The notes: a model not told the origin generated them from the sequence alone. A DNA stretch of 64,000 bases from an uncultured delta proteobacterium (GCA_963812015.1 CAWETI010000003.1:928001-992000); one strand, 5' to 3'; positions 18,647-28,610 are shown, counted from the first letter of the stretch. Numbers and translations are program-made.

Positions 18647-19525
18647 CTAGAGTAGCCCCTCCTGACGCAAGCGCACCAAGACCCCCGCCGTTGATTTGCT
18701 CCGGTCCATGGTATAAAAATGCAGCCCCGGGACACCAGCCTGGATCAGCTCTTTGCATTGCTCAAAAGCAAAGTCGATGCCGAAGTAGAGCAGCGCCGAG
18801 GCATCGCCCTCCGGCAAGGCGGCCAATCTTTGCCGTAAATCGTCGCTGATGCTGGCCCCGCAGAGTTTGGCCAGATGGTTCATTATCTTGAGACTGAAAA
18901 TCGGCATGATGCCGGGCACAATGGGGACCTCGATCCCCAGGCCGCGACAGGTGGCGACAAAATCGAAATAATAACGGTTGTCGTAAAAATAATTGGTAAG
19001 GATAAATTCAGCCCCTTTATCCACCTTGAGCTTCAGGTACGCCAGGTCTTTTTGCCGGCTCTCGGCCTCAATGTGGCCCTCCGGATAGCCGGCCGTTCCC
19101 AGACAGAAGGGGTAGCGTGGCCGGATAAACTCCAGCATATCCGAGGCATGGGCCAAACTGGCGGCATGGGGCTTAAAATCAGGTTGCCCGTGGGGGGGAT
19201 CGCCCCGCACCACCAAGATATTATCCACTCCCAGATTCTGATAGGTGTCCATGACCCCCTGGATATCCTCCGGCCCCAGGCCGTAACCGGCAAAGTAGGC
19301 CATAACCTCCAGCTTTAGGTCATTTTTCAGGCGGTCCACCAACTGCCGGGAGCCTTCCCGGGTAGAGCCCCCGGCCCCAAAGGTGACCGAGACAAAATCG
19401 GGTTCCATCAGGGCCAACTGGTGGATCACCCTTTCCAGTTTTTCGGCGGCTTCGGCATTCCTGGCAGGAAAAAATTCAAAAGATATGGTCGGGGTTTTTT
19501 TCTTCCACATCTCGGTCACTTTCAT
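18647..19525 (-). CDS. metF: Stand-alone methylenetetrahydrofolate reductase (E. coli MetF type)
   Basis: ISFEFFP, FVSVTFGAGGS, VRGDPP, AGYPEGH, LKLKVDKGA, PGIMPI, GLHFYTMD. Confidence 0.92.
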   Translation of the reverse strand: MKVTEMWKKKTPTISFEFFPARNAEAAEKLERVIHQLALMEPDFVSVTFGAGGSTREGSRQLVDRLKNDLKLEVMAYFAGYGLGPEDIQGVMDTYQNLGVDNILVVRGDPPHGQPDFKPHAASLAHASDMLEFIRPRYPFCLGTAGYPEGHIEAESRQKDLAYLKLKVDKGAEFILTNYFYDNRYYFDFVATCRGLGIEVPIVPGIMPIFSLKIMNHLAKLCGASISDDLRQRLAALPEGDASALLYFGIDFAFEQCKELIQAGVPGLHFYTMDRSKSTAGVLVRLRQEGLL

Positions 19526-19614
19526 GGGACTGGCTCCTGAGAATCATATTTTTAAAAAAATAACTTATTCCGTGATTATGCGGCGGCCTTGCCCACCGCG
19601 GATAAAAAATTGGT

Positions 19615-19989
19615 TTAGCTGGCCGGACCGGGGCTCTGGGGCGGTTGGGCCCAACCCAGGTTTTTCACGGTGTCGTCCGGGTTAAAGGTCACGGACAACT
19701 CCCGGGTGGTTTCGCTTAAAAGGGGGGTAAAGGCCTTGACCACGGGAATGAACTCGGTGGGTTTGGGGGCCGCGGTGGTATAAAAATAGTGCCAGGTCTC
19801 CTCCCCGGCCCCGCCATAAGAGGCCGTCAGGGGGTAACCCAGGAGGGCGGTGACGTCGGCCCGGGTGGATTTGCCCACTTCGATTTTAGAGACGACGTCG
19901 GCATCGGTGATGGCTTTAGTGCCCGCCGACAGACAGGCGCCGGTCACCAGGAGGAGGAACACGGTCAGAAGTTTAAGCCACGCGTGCAT
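19615..19989 (-). CDS. SmpA/BamE-like outer-membrane lipoprotein
   Basis: Signal peptide ending VTGAC; IEVGKSTRADVTALLGYP..ETWHYFY..LSVTFNPDDTV. Confidence 0.7.
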   Translation of the reverse strand: MHAWLKLLTVFLLLVTGACLSAGTKAITDADVVSKIEVGKSTRADVTALLGYPLTASYGGAGEETWHYFYTTAAPKPTEFIPVVKAFTPLLSETTRELSVTFNPDDTVKNLGWAQPPQSPGPAS

Positions 19990-20372
19990 GGTTCGATCCT
20001 GGACCTCATCTGCCAAGGTGTGGAAAATCGGGAACAACAACCCCCGGATTCGCGGCCGCCCCATGGTCCACCGTCCGAAGTTTGGGTGGCGATTCCTTAC
20101 CATTCTCTCAGATTGCCCCGCGTTTTGCACCCCCAGGATGGTTCCAGGCTGATTTTTCCGGCAAGATAAACCGTTCGGGAGGGAAAATTACCCGGACGCA
20201 ATCAGGTGCGCCTCCCGGAGGCCTTTCCCCCTGCCGGTAGACGCCCCGCCTGATCCGGCCCGGTGACTGAAACAGGTTGATAAGGCTTGGGGCGGAGACC
20301 GCAAGTTGACAGGCGGGTTTCCTTGTGGCATGGTGACAATGGTAAAAAAATAACCGGGAGGCCGCCGCTTGA

Positions 20373-20465
20373 GGCCGTTCCCTGAGAAGACCGACAGCCC
20401 GAGTGTCCCAGACCCAAAAGGGTCTTGACCGCGCTCGGGCTGTGGTGTTTTCAGGCGATCTGGCC
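20373..20465 (+). other. Long irregular hairpin in the parA leader (possible structured RNA)
   Basis: CCTGAGAAGACC/GGTGTTTTCAGG, ACAGCCCGAGTG/CGCTCGGGCTGT, AGACCC-AAAA-GGGTCT; a TTGACA lies upstream at about 20306. Confidence 0.45.
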
Positions 20466-20580
20466 GGCGAGGTGAGTCAAGGCGTTCCGGGGATCAGCCC
20501 GCCCCTAATCCAGGCGCGGGGAACCGTGGCCCGGCGGCGCCTGCCGCCCGGCACCGAGGCATGAGGGAGAAAGGCACGCC

Positions 20581-21342
20581 ATGAGGACTTTTGCCATTGC
20601 AAACCAGAAGGGGGGGAGCGGCAAGACCACCACCAGCGTCAATCTGGCCGCGGCCCTGGGGGAGAAGGGCCGCCGGGTGCTGGTCATCGACCTGGACCCG
20701 CAATATTCCACCACGGCCTGGTTCGGGGTCAAAAATGCCGGCAAGGGAGTGCTGGGGATCTTTGCGGAAAATGGCTCGATGCTGGAGCTGGTGCAGGAGT
20801 CAGGGGTGGCCGGAGTGGACCTGGTGCCGTCTTCCCAATGGCTGATGGGGGCCGAAAAGATGCTGGCCGGGGAGGTGGGGGCCGAAACCATCTTGCGCCG
20901 CAACCTTGGCCGTCTGCCGCCGGACCGCTGGGACTACGTGCTGATCGACTGCCCTCCCACCCTGGGGGTCCTCACCATCAACGCCCTGGTGGCGGTGCAC
21001 GAACTCCTGGTGCCGGTGGAGGCCCACGTCATGGCCCTAAGCGGCTTGGCCCAGCTGCTCCAAACCGTGGAGGTGGTCAGGGAGCGCCTCAATCCCGACC
21101 TGAGGGTCACGGGCATCCTGGCCTGCCGGGTGGATTCCCGCACCCGCCACGCCCGGGAGGTGGTGGAGCAACTGCGCCAGCGTTCCGGCAGCCTGGTTTA
21201 CCACACCATCATCCGGGAGAACATCCGGCTGGCGGAATGTCCCTCTTTCGGCCAGGCCATCACCGAGTATGACGGCAAGAGCGCCGGCGCCGCGGATTAC
21301 CGGGCCCTGGCCGACGAGATCATCAGCCAAGAAGGGAGTTGA
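20581..21342 (+). CDS. ParA/Soj family ATPase (orphan, no parB)
   Basis: Deviant Walker A NQKGGSGKTTT, LVIDLDPQ, YVLIDCPP, IRENIRLAECPS. Confidence 0.92.
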   Translation: MRTFAIANQKGGSGKTTTSVNLAAALGEKGRRVLVIDLDPQYSTTAWFGVKNAGKGVLGIFAENGSMLELVQESGVAGVDLVPSSQWLMGAEKMLAGEVGAETILRRNLGRLPPDRWDYVLIDCPPTLGVLTINALVAVHELLVPVEAHVMALSGLAQLLQTVEVVRERLNPDLRVTGILACRVDSRTRHAREVVEQLRQRSGSLVYHTIIRENIRLAECPSFGQAITEYDGKSAGAADYRALADEIISQEGS

Positions 21343-21347
21343 ACGAC

Positions 21348-21773
21348 ATGGCCAAACGCAGCACCATTGGCGAAAATCCTCTGGATGCGGTTATTCAGCA
21401 AAGTCCGCTGGATACTGTAATGCCCGGCCTCTCGGCGGCGAGCGCCACCGGCCGGGGTCAACCGGCGCCGGGGTTACCCCCCGAGGTCCAGGCCCACTTG
21501 CAGGAACAATCAGCCGGTCTCAAGGCGCTGCGGGCCGAGGTGGCGCAGCTCAAGGCAACGGCGGGGGAAGCGGCCGCCGTGAAGGGCGAGAACGCCAGGT
21601 TGCAAGGGGAGCTGGCCGGACTGCGTCGTGAGGTCGACGCCCTCAAGGCAGAGGCGGCGGCAGTCAAGGCCCTCGGGGGCGAAGTGGGGCAGCTCAAGGA
21701 GGAACTGGCCCGGCTCCGGGCCAGCGCCGGGCCCGGCGACCTCCCCTTCTGGATGCGGGGCAGGAGGAAATAG
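21348..21773 (+). CDS. Small coiled-coil ParA partner protein
   Basis: Basic N-terminal peptide MAKRSTIGENPLD, long heptad region, C-terminal LPFWMRGRRK; starts 5 nt after the parA stop. Confidence 0.75.
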   Translation: MAKRSTIGENPLDAVIQQSPLDTVMPGLSAASATGRGQPAPGLPPEVQAHLQEQSAGLKALRAEVAQLKATAGEAAAVKGENARLQGELAGLRREVDALKAEAAAVKALGGEVGQLKEELARLRASAGPGDLPFWMRGRRK

Positions 21774-22433
21774 GCGTCCCGAACCCCGGCAACTCATCTG
21801 GCTCCCACCGGCTGGCCCCGGGCCGGCGGGAGTTGCAGGTTTATAGCCGGCCCGGCCGGGATTCCGGGCCGGGGGCAAGCTGGCGGCCGCTCTGGCCGGC
21901 GGTCACTGTCCGCCATAATTCATTTTGAACATGGCGGAATGCGTCTGCTCCACCTTGTTCAGCTTTCGTGGTAACCCCAACCGGGTCAAGGAACGTTACC
22001 CTGCGCCGTGCTCATCCCTTCTGGGAACTCTCTCTTCCTGAGCCACCGAAGATTTCGCACCACACCTTTCCCAATAAAACGCGCCATATTTTGTTAGGAA
22101 TTCCATTGACAGGTGCAACCGGGATGCTTAGTTAAATTAAAATCCCAACCACGTAATGACAATACTATAATCAGTCCCCCATAATTATGCACTTTGGTTT
22201 TTAAAAGGATTGCCTGTCAGTTATTAGAATTTGTCTAGGCGCAGGTTCTTGGCCGGCGTTAGCGTTGCTCGGGATGGTTTTAAACGGCACGGAGACGCCG
22301 GGATGCCTGGTAATTATCACGGTGCGGTCCTGGCATAATTTGGCCAAGTATCAGTAATACCTAAGGATAACTATCTGCCATAACTTCGGTAATGTCCTTG
22401 CCCAGAAAGGTTCTGGTCAAAAGGAACCCAAAC

Positions 22434-22835
22434 ATGGCTCCGTATGACATCGTGTTGGCGGACGATCATATTTTGGTGCGCCAGGGTATCAAAAAAATAA
22501 TCCAGGAAAACGACGACATGCGGGTGGTGGGCGAGGCTGGGGATGGGGTAGAACTCTTGGAATTACTTGAGAAAATAACCCCAGACCTGGTCATCCTGGA
22601 TATTACCATGCCACGCCTCAAAGGGCTGGCGGCGGCGAGACAGATTAAGCAGCTCTATCCCGCCATCAAGATGTTGATCCTCAGTATGCATCGGAGTAAA
22701 GAGTATCTGTACCAGGCGTTGGCCGAAGGCGTGAATGGGTATCTTCTGAAAGAAGAAGCAGATTTGGGGCTCTTTTCCGCCATCGAGGCGGTGCGCCAGG
22801 GCAGGACCTTCGTGTCACCCCTGCTGGAAGAATAA
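22434..22835 (+). CDS. NarL-type receiver domain without a DNA-binding HTH
   Basis: LADDH, DLVILDITMP, LSMH, GYLLKE, ends FVSPLLEE* where the linker/HTH would normally follow. Confidence 0.85.
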   Translation: MAPYDIVLADDHILVRQGIKKIIQENDDMRVVGEAGDGVELLELLEKITPDLVILDITMPRLKGLAAARQIKQLYPAIKMLILSMHRSKEYLYQALAEGVNGYLLKEEADLGLFSAIEAVRQGRTFVSPLLEE

Positions 22836-23077
22836 TGATTGGTTGTCATTTGTAAGTTATTCAATAATCTTTAAATAGTATTATTGAAAAATATTTAGTT
22901 GTTGGAGACTCAGCCAGTAACCGTACCCATGGGGTCAGCCTTATATGGCAGGCCCGCCGGTTCTCACTGATAAAAAGCCCAAAACCAACCAAACACCTTA
23001 CCCGGCCCAAGGGCATGCCTGAGTGATGACCCCCGGCCCGGCAGTGCCCCACAGGCAGGTCCGGCCCTCCTGACGCG

Positions 23078-23105
23078 CCGCTCACCAGACGGTGAGCGGT
23101 TTTTT
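23078..23105 (+). terminator. Rho-independent terminator
   Basis: CCGCTCACC-AGAC-GGTGAGCGG followed by TTTTTT. Confidence 0.8.
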
Positions 23106-23257
23106 ATTCGTATTTCCCCCCGAATATGTTATGAAATATAATTTACGCAAATTCTATGGTGCCTGGGCTGCGGGTCGGCAGGGCCACTTCTTTAAGTTCT
23201 TTAAGGGAGCGGCCGGGCCAGGCCCCGGGCCTGGGAAACGGTTCAGGTAGAGACCTT

Positions 23258-25138
23258 ATGGCAGAGTTGTTATCCGGACGAGGGGGGGAGCGGCGGCTTT
23301 TCCTGGGAAATGAGGCCATTGTCCGGGGTGCCTTGGAAGCCGGGGTGGCCCTGGTCACCACTTACCCCGGGACTCCCGCCTCGGAGATCGGCGACCGGTG
23401 TTATGAGATTGCCCGGCAGACCGACCTGCAGTTCGAATTCTCGACCAATGAAAAGGTGGCCCTGGAAGTGGCGGCGGGGGCCGCGGCTTGCGGCTGGCGG
23501 GTGCTCTGCGCCATGAAACATGTGGGCCTCAATGTGGCCGCCGACGCCCTCATGACCCTGGCCTATGTGGGGGTCAAGGGGGGCATGGTCATTGTCAGCG
23601 CCGACGACCCCGCCCTGTTCTCCAGCCAGAATGAGCAGGATAACCGCTATTATGCCAAGATGGCAAACTTGCCCATGCTGGAGCCGGCCACCCCCGAGGA
23701 AGCCCATGCCATGACCCGGGCGGCCTTCGCCCTTTCCGAGGACCTCAAGGTCCCAGTGCTCCTGCGCACCACCACCCGGGTGAACCATACCCGGGGAGCC
23801 GTGACCCTGGGGGAGTTGGCGCCCCGGCCGGGTCTCGGGCGATTTCACAAGGACCCCTTCCGCCAGGTGATGGTGCCGGCGGTGGCCCGCCAGGCCCACG
23901 TGCGGCTTCTGGCTGCGGAAGACCAGGCCCGGGCCCTGGCCGAGACTTCCCCCTTCAACGAGATCAGCGGCCGGGGGAGTTGGGGGGTGGTCACCAGCGG
24001 GGTGAGCAGCACCTATGTGGCGGACGCCCTCAAGGAATTGGGCCTGGCCGATAAAGTCAGGCTGCTCAAGCTGGGATTCACTCACCCGCTGCCGGAGACC
24101 TTGCTGGGAGATTTTCTGGCGCCGCTTTCGAAGGTGCTGGTGGTGGAGGAACTGGAGCCCTACCTGGAGGAAGCCCTCAAGGCCGTGGCCCAGACCCGGG
24201 GGCTCACGGTGAGCATCCGGGGCAAAGGCCCAGGCCTTTTTTCCCGCCTCTACGAGTACCATCCGGCCCTGGTGCGGGAGGTGATCGCCCGGTTTTTTGG
24301 GATATCCTCAGAGGCGTCGAAACCGTTGGTCCCGGAGGCGGTTCTGGGGCAGCCCCTGCCGGACCGTCCCCCCAATCTCTGCGCCGGGTGTCCCCACCGG
24401 GCCACGTATTATGCGGTGAAGATCGCCCTGAAGGACCTGGGGGTGGAAGGGGTCTTCCCCACGGACATCGGCTGCTACACCCTGGGGCTCTTACCGCCCC
24501 TGTCCATGGCGGATTTTCTCATCTGCATGGGTTCGAGCCTCAGCACCGCGGCGGGGATTTCCCGGGCCACGGGCCAGAAGGTGGTGGCCTTCATCGGGGA
24601 TTCCACGTTTTTCCACGCCGGGCTGCCGGCCCTGGTCAACGCCGTGCACCACAAGCACAACTTTTTGCTGGTCATCCTGGATAACGGCACCACGGCCATG
24701 ACCGGACACCAGCCCCACCCTGGGGTCAGCCTGATGCCTCCCGGGTATCCCGGAGAGCACGTGCCCATTGCCCGGGTAGTGAAGGCGTTAGGGGTGGAAC
24801 AGCTTTGGGTGGTGAATCCCTTCAAGTATAAGGAGAGCCTGGCGGCCATGAAGGAGGCCCTGGGGGCTGCCGGCGTCAGGGTGCTCATCTCCCAGGCCCC
24901 TTGCCACCTCTACGCCCAGCGTTTGTCCGGCAAGAAGCGGACGGCGCGCTTTAAGGTGACCCAAGGGTGCGGCGCCTGCCGGGACTGCCTGGATAATTTC
25001 GGCTGCCCGGCCATGTACCTGGAATCCGGGGAAGAGGGCCGCTTGCAGATCGACTCGGACCTGTGCTCCGGCTGCGCCTTCTGCGTCCAATGGTGCGACA
25101 ATATTCGGCCGGTGGGGGCGAGTGAGGGGAAGAAATGA
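23258..25138 (+). CDS. iorA: Indolepyruvate:ferredoxin oxidoreductase alpha subunit
   Basis: LGNEAIVRGA, YPGTPASEI, STNEKVALE, SSQNEQD, RPPNLCAGCPH, DIGCY, IGDSTFFH, DNGTTAMTG, C-terminal ferredoxin. Confidence 0.95.
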   Translation: MAELLSGRGGERRLFLGNEAIVRGALEAGVALVTTYPGTPASEIGDRCYEIARQTDLQFEFSTNEKVALEVAAGAAACGWRVLCAMKHVGLNVAADALMTLAYVGVKGGMVIVSADDPALFSSQNEQDNRYYAKMANLPMLEPATPEEAHAMTRAAFALSEDLKVPVLLRTTTRVNHTRGAVTLGELAPRPGLGRFHKDPFRQVMVPAVARQAHVRLLAAEDQARALAETSPFNEISGRGSWGVVTSGVSSTYVADALKELGLADKVRLLKLGFTHPLPETLLGDFLAPLSKVLVVEELEPYLEEALKAVAQTRGLTVSIRGKGPGLFSRLYEYHPALVREVIARFFGISSEASKPLVPEAVLGQPLPDRPPNLCAGCPHRATYYAVKIALKDLGVEGVFPTDIGCYTLGLLPPLSMADFLICMGSSLSTAAGISRATGQKVVAFIGDSTFFHAGLPALVNAVHHKHNFLLVILDNGTTAMTGHQPHPGVSLMPPGYPGEHVPIARVVKALGVEQLWVVNPFKYKESLAAMKEALGAAGVRVLISQAPCHLYAQRLSGKKRTARFKVTQGCGACRDCLDNFGCPAMYLESGEEGRLQIDSDLCSGCAFCVQWCDNIRPVGASEGKK

Positions 25139-25203
25139 TTTTGGGGGAGGGGCAGGAACTCTTACAAAAAAGTTCCTGCCCTCCCCCTGGCCCCCTCCCA
25201 ACC
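25139..25203. repeat. G-rich intergenic hairpin family, copy 1
   Basis: GGGGGAGGGGCAGGAAC..GTTCCTGCCCTCCCCC followed by CCCCCTCCCAACC; related copies at 33033, 37082, 41906 and 50475. Confidence 0.65.
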
Positions 25204-25240
25204 AGTAGAAGAGTGGCCCGGCGTACCACCCGTGTTTAAA

Positions 25241-25260
25241 GGCGGGAATGCCCGCCCCAC
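25241..25260 (-). repeat. REP-like palindrome
   Basis: Minus strand GTGGGGCGGGCATTCCCGCC. Confidence 0.55.
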
Positions 25261-25282
25261 ATGACGATAAGGCTTTGAAGCA

Positions 25283-25936
<654 letters not shown>

Positions 25937-25940
25937 ATTG

Positions 25941-26399
25941 GTGCATGATCAAAATAAAGCAGAAACTTCTTCCCGGCGGCGGCGCCGCCCTTACCGCCAG
26001 ATGCCCCACACCGCGGACCTGGCCTGGCGCCTGTGGGGGGGGAGTCTGGCGGAGCTCTTTGAAAACGCCGGCCGGGCCCTGAGCGCCACCCTGACCGACC
26101 GCAGGTATCTCAGGCGCCGGAACACCCGGGAGGTGAGGCTGACCTCCAGCGACCGGGAAGCCCTCCTGGTTGATTGGCTCAACCACCTGCTTTACCTTTT
26201 TGATGTAGACGGATTTTTGGGCCGGGACTTTCAGGTGGTGTCGTTGACCCCCGAGCGTCTGGAAGCCAGGGTGAGCGGGGAGAGTTTCGATCCCGCCCGC
26301 CACCCGGAGCGGACCGGGGTCAAGGCCGCGACCTTCCATCAGTTGAGCATCGTGCCGGCCGAAGATGGCTGGCTGGCCACGGTGGTGCTGGATTTGTAA
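25941..26399 (+). CDS. Archease
   Basis: HTAD, LVDWLNHLLY, VKAATFH, VVLDL; directly upstream of rtcB; start uncertain. Confidence 0.9.
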   Translation: MHDQNKAETSSRRRRRPYRQMPHTADLAWRLWGGSLAELFENAGRALSATLTDRRYLRRRNTREVRLTSSDREALLVDWLNHLLYLFDVDGFLGRDFQVVSLTPERLEARVSGESFDPARHPERTGVKAATFHQLSIVPAEDGWLATVVLDL

Positions 26400-26435
26400 T
26401 CATCTTTCCGAGCCGTCAGGTGGCAGGAGTCGGAG

Positions 26436-26471
26436 AACTGACTACTGGCAACTGACTACTGGCAACTGACT
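26436..26471 (+). repeat. Tandem 14-mer (2x7) repeat AACTGACTACTGGC
   Basis: About 2.5 copies between archease and rtcB; a reverse-complement-like copy lies at about 46921. Confidence 0.7.
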
Positions 26472-26473
26472 CT

Positions 26474-27913
26474 ATGGTCAAGCTGCGGCAAATCGACGAA
26501 TACCGTTGGGAGATACCCCGGGAAGGCAAGATGCGCACCCGGGGGCTGATCTTTTGTTCCAGAGAGATGCTCCCGCTCATTGAGGAGGACCAGAGCCTCC
26601 AGCAGGTGGCCAATGTGGCGACCCTGCCGGGGATCGTGGGCCCCTCCCTGGCCATGCCCGACATCCACTGGGGCTACGGCTTCGCCATCGGCGGCGTGGC
26701 GGCCTTCGACCTGGAGGAGGGGGTGGTTTCCCCCGGCGGCGTGGGCTACGACATCAACTGCGGCGTGCGCCTGCTCCGCACCAAGCTGAGCAAAGAGCAG
26801 GTGGAGCCCCAGATGGAAGCCCTGGTGAATGCTTTGTTCACCAACATCCCGTCGGGGGTGGGTTCCCGACGCCAGGATTTCAAGCTCACCGGTTCCGGCC
26901 TGAAGAAGGTGCTCAAGGGGGGGGCGAGCTGGGCGGTGAAGGAGGGCTTCGGGGGGGCTTCTGATCTGGCGCACATCGAGGCCGGGGGCGTCATCGAGGG
27001 GGCCGACCCGGACCTGGTCTCGGAGTTTGCCATGAACCGGGGCAAGGACCAGTTGGGCACCCTGGGTTCGGGCAACCACTTTGTGGAAGTGGGGTATGTC
27101 GATGAGATTTTTGACGCGGCGCTGGCAGCGAAGTTGGGGCTCTTCCCGGGCCAGGTGACGGCCATCGTCCACACCGGCTCCCGGGGGCTGGGGCACCAGG
27201 TGTGCGAGGACTATATCAAGGTGATGCTCAAGGCCAGCGCCAAGTACGGCATCGAGTTGCCGGACCGGCAGCTCTGCTGCGCCCCCCTCACTTCGGCGGA
27301 AGGGAAGAATTACCTGGCGGCCATGGCCGGGGCGGCCAACTTCGCCTTTGCCAACCGACAGCTCATCACCCACTGGGTGCGGGAGAGCTTTGAGCAGGTT
27401 CTGCATATGGGCCCCCGGGATCTGGGGCTGGAACTGATTTACGACGTATGCCACAACATCGCCAAGATCGAGACCCACACGGTGGAGGGCCAGCCCCGGA
27501 AGCTCTGTATCCACCGCAAGGGGGCGACCCGGGCCTTTCCGCCCCACCACCCGGAGGTGCCGGAGGCCTATCGGGAGACCGGACAGCCGGTGCTCATCCC
27601 CGGGGACATGGGCCGGTACTCTTTCGTATTGGTGGGGACCGAAAAAGCCCTTACCGAAACTTTTGGCAGCACCTGTCATGGGGCGGGGCGGAAAATGTCC
27701 CGGCACCAGGCCAAAAAGGTGGCCCGGGGGCGGTCGATCATCCAGGAGTTGGCCGAAAAAGGCATCATCGTCCGGGGCGCCGGGCGGGGCACCATCGACG
27801 AAGAGATTTCCGAGGCCTACAAGGATGTTTCGGGCGTGGTGGACGTGGTCCACGGGGCCGGGATTTCGAAGAAGGTGGCCAAATTAAAGCCGTTGGGAGT
27901 GATTAAAGGATAG
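26474..27913 (+). CDS. rtcB: RNA 3'-phosphate/5'-OH ligase RtcB (archease-associated type)
   Basis: MPDIHWGYGFAIGG, GYDINCG, GTLGSGNHF, HTGSRG, HNIAK, HRKGAT, PGDMG, HGAGR, AYKD. Confidence 0.96.
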   Translation: MVKLRQIDEYRWEIPREGKMRTRGLIFCSREMLPLIEEDQSLQQVANVATLPGIVGPSLAMPDIHWGYGFAIGGVAAFDLEEGVVSPGGVGYDINCGVRLLRTKLSKEQVEPQMEALVNALFTNIPSGVGSRRQDFKLTGSGLKKVLKGGASWAVKEGFGGASDLAHIEAGGVIEGADPDLVSEFAMNRGKDQLGTLGSGNHFVEVGYVDEIFDAALAAKLGLFPGQVTAIVHTGSRGLGHQVCEDYIKVMLKASAKYGIELPDRQLCCAPLTSAEGKNYLAAMAGAANFAFANRQLITHWVRESFEQVLHMGPRDLGLELIYDVCHNIAKIETHTVEGQPRKLCIHRKGATRAFPPHHPEVPEAYRETGQPVLIPGDMGRYSFVLVGTEKALTETFGSTCHGAGRKMSRHQAKKVARGRSIIQELAEKGIIVRGAGRGTIDEEISEAYKDVSGVVDVVHGAGISKKVAKLKPLGVIKG

Positions 27914-27939
27914 TTTTCGGTTTCCGGTTGGCGGTTTTC
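27913..27939 (+). repeat. Heptamer repeat (GTTTTCG-like), inverted partner of 28611-28636
   Basis: GTTTTCG GTTTCCG GTTGGCG GTTTTC. Confidence 0.55.
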
Positions 27940-28013
27940 TGGTATAACAAAGGTACAAATAAGGGGAATGGAGTGGTGCAGGGCGCGAGCACGCCTCGCC
28001 GGGAGGTAAAATC

Positions 28014-28514
28014 ATGGCTAAACTGATGGATTTTATCGAATTAGAAATAAAAAGCTCATTGGAGGAGATTCCAGGGAGGGCACAAACTGAGCAATGGATT
28101 GGTGAAACTCCGTGGACAAAAGGAGTAAAACAAGCCATAGTAAATGTGGGGAGAAAATTTAGTTACCTTACAGCTGCAAGTGGGACCGATTCAGATGAGG
28201 GGCAAGAATGGCTATATGATATAGTTTGGTACCAATCAGATAATGAAAAATATATGACTGATGTTCCTCTTGTTGCTGAATGTGAATGGGGCGGAGAAGG
28301 AGCAATTAAGTATGATTTTGAGAAATTACTAATTTCAAGATCGCCATATAAATTAATGATATTTCAATCTGATTCAGATAAAAATATTAATGATATTATT
28401 AATAAAATGAAGATATGGATTACCAATTTCCGTCAAACGTCGAAAAGGGATAGGTACCTTTTTGCTGGCTGGTCAAAAACCCATTGGATGTTTGAACATT
28501 ACATAGTGGCTTAG
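28014..28514 (+). CDS. AT-rich hypothetical protein, possible restriction-endonuclease-like (PD-(D/E)xK) fold
   Basis: Strong RBS GGAGG; visibly AT-rich compared with its flanks; EWLYDIVWY ... LVAECEW ... DFEKL. Confidence 0.7.
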   Translation: MAKLMDFIELEIKSSLEEIPGRAQTEQWIGETPWTKGVKQAIVNVGRKFSYLTAASGTDSDEGQEWLYDIVWYQSDNEKYMTDVPLVAECEWGGEGAIKYDFEKLLISRSPYKLMIFQSDSDKNINDIINKMKIWITNFRQTSKRDRYLFAGWSKTHWMFEHYIVA

Positions 28515-28524
28515 CATATAAAAT

Positions 28525-28550
28525 GTAGGGCGGGCATTGCGCGCCATCAT
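28525..28550 (+). repeat. REP-like element downstream of the AT-rich gene
   Basis: GTAGGGCGGGCATTGCGCGCCATCAT, closely matching the reverse complement of 40760-40785. Confidence 0.65.
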
Positions 28551-28610
28551 AAAAGATGATTAAGAATTGTGCTGTCCAAGCAGAGCAGCGGCTCAGAATG
28601 ACAGGTTTTT

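Noticed and set aside
20350..20490. 6S RNA or SRP RNA
   Set aside because: I could not see the SRP domain IV motif or the 6S central bubble and terminal motifs; kept only as an unclassified hairpin
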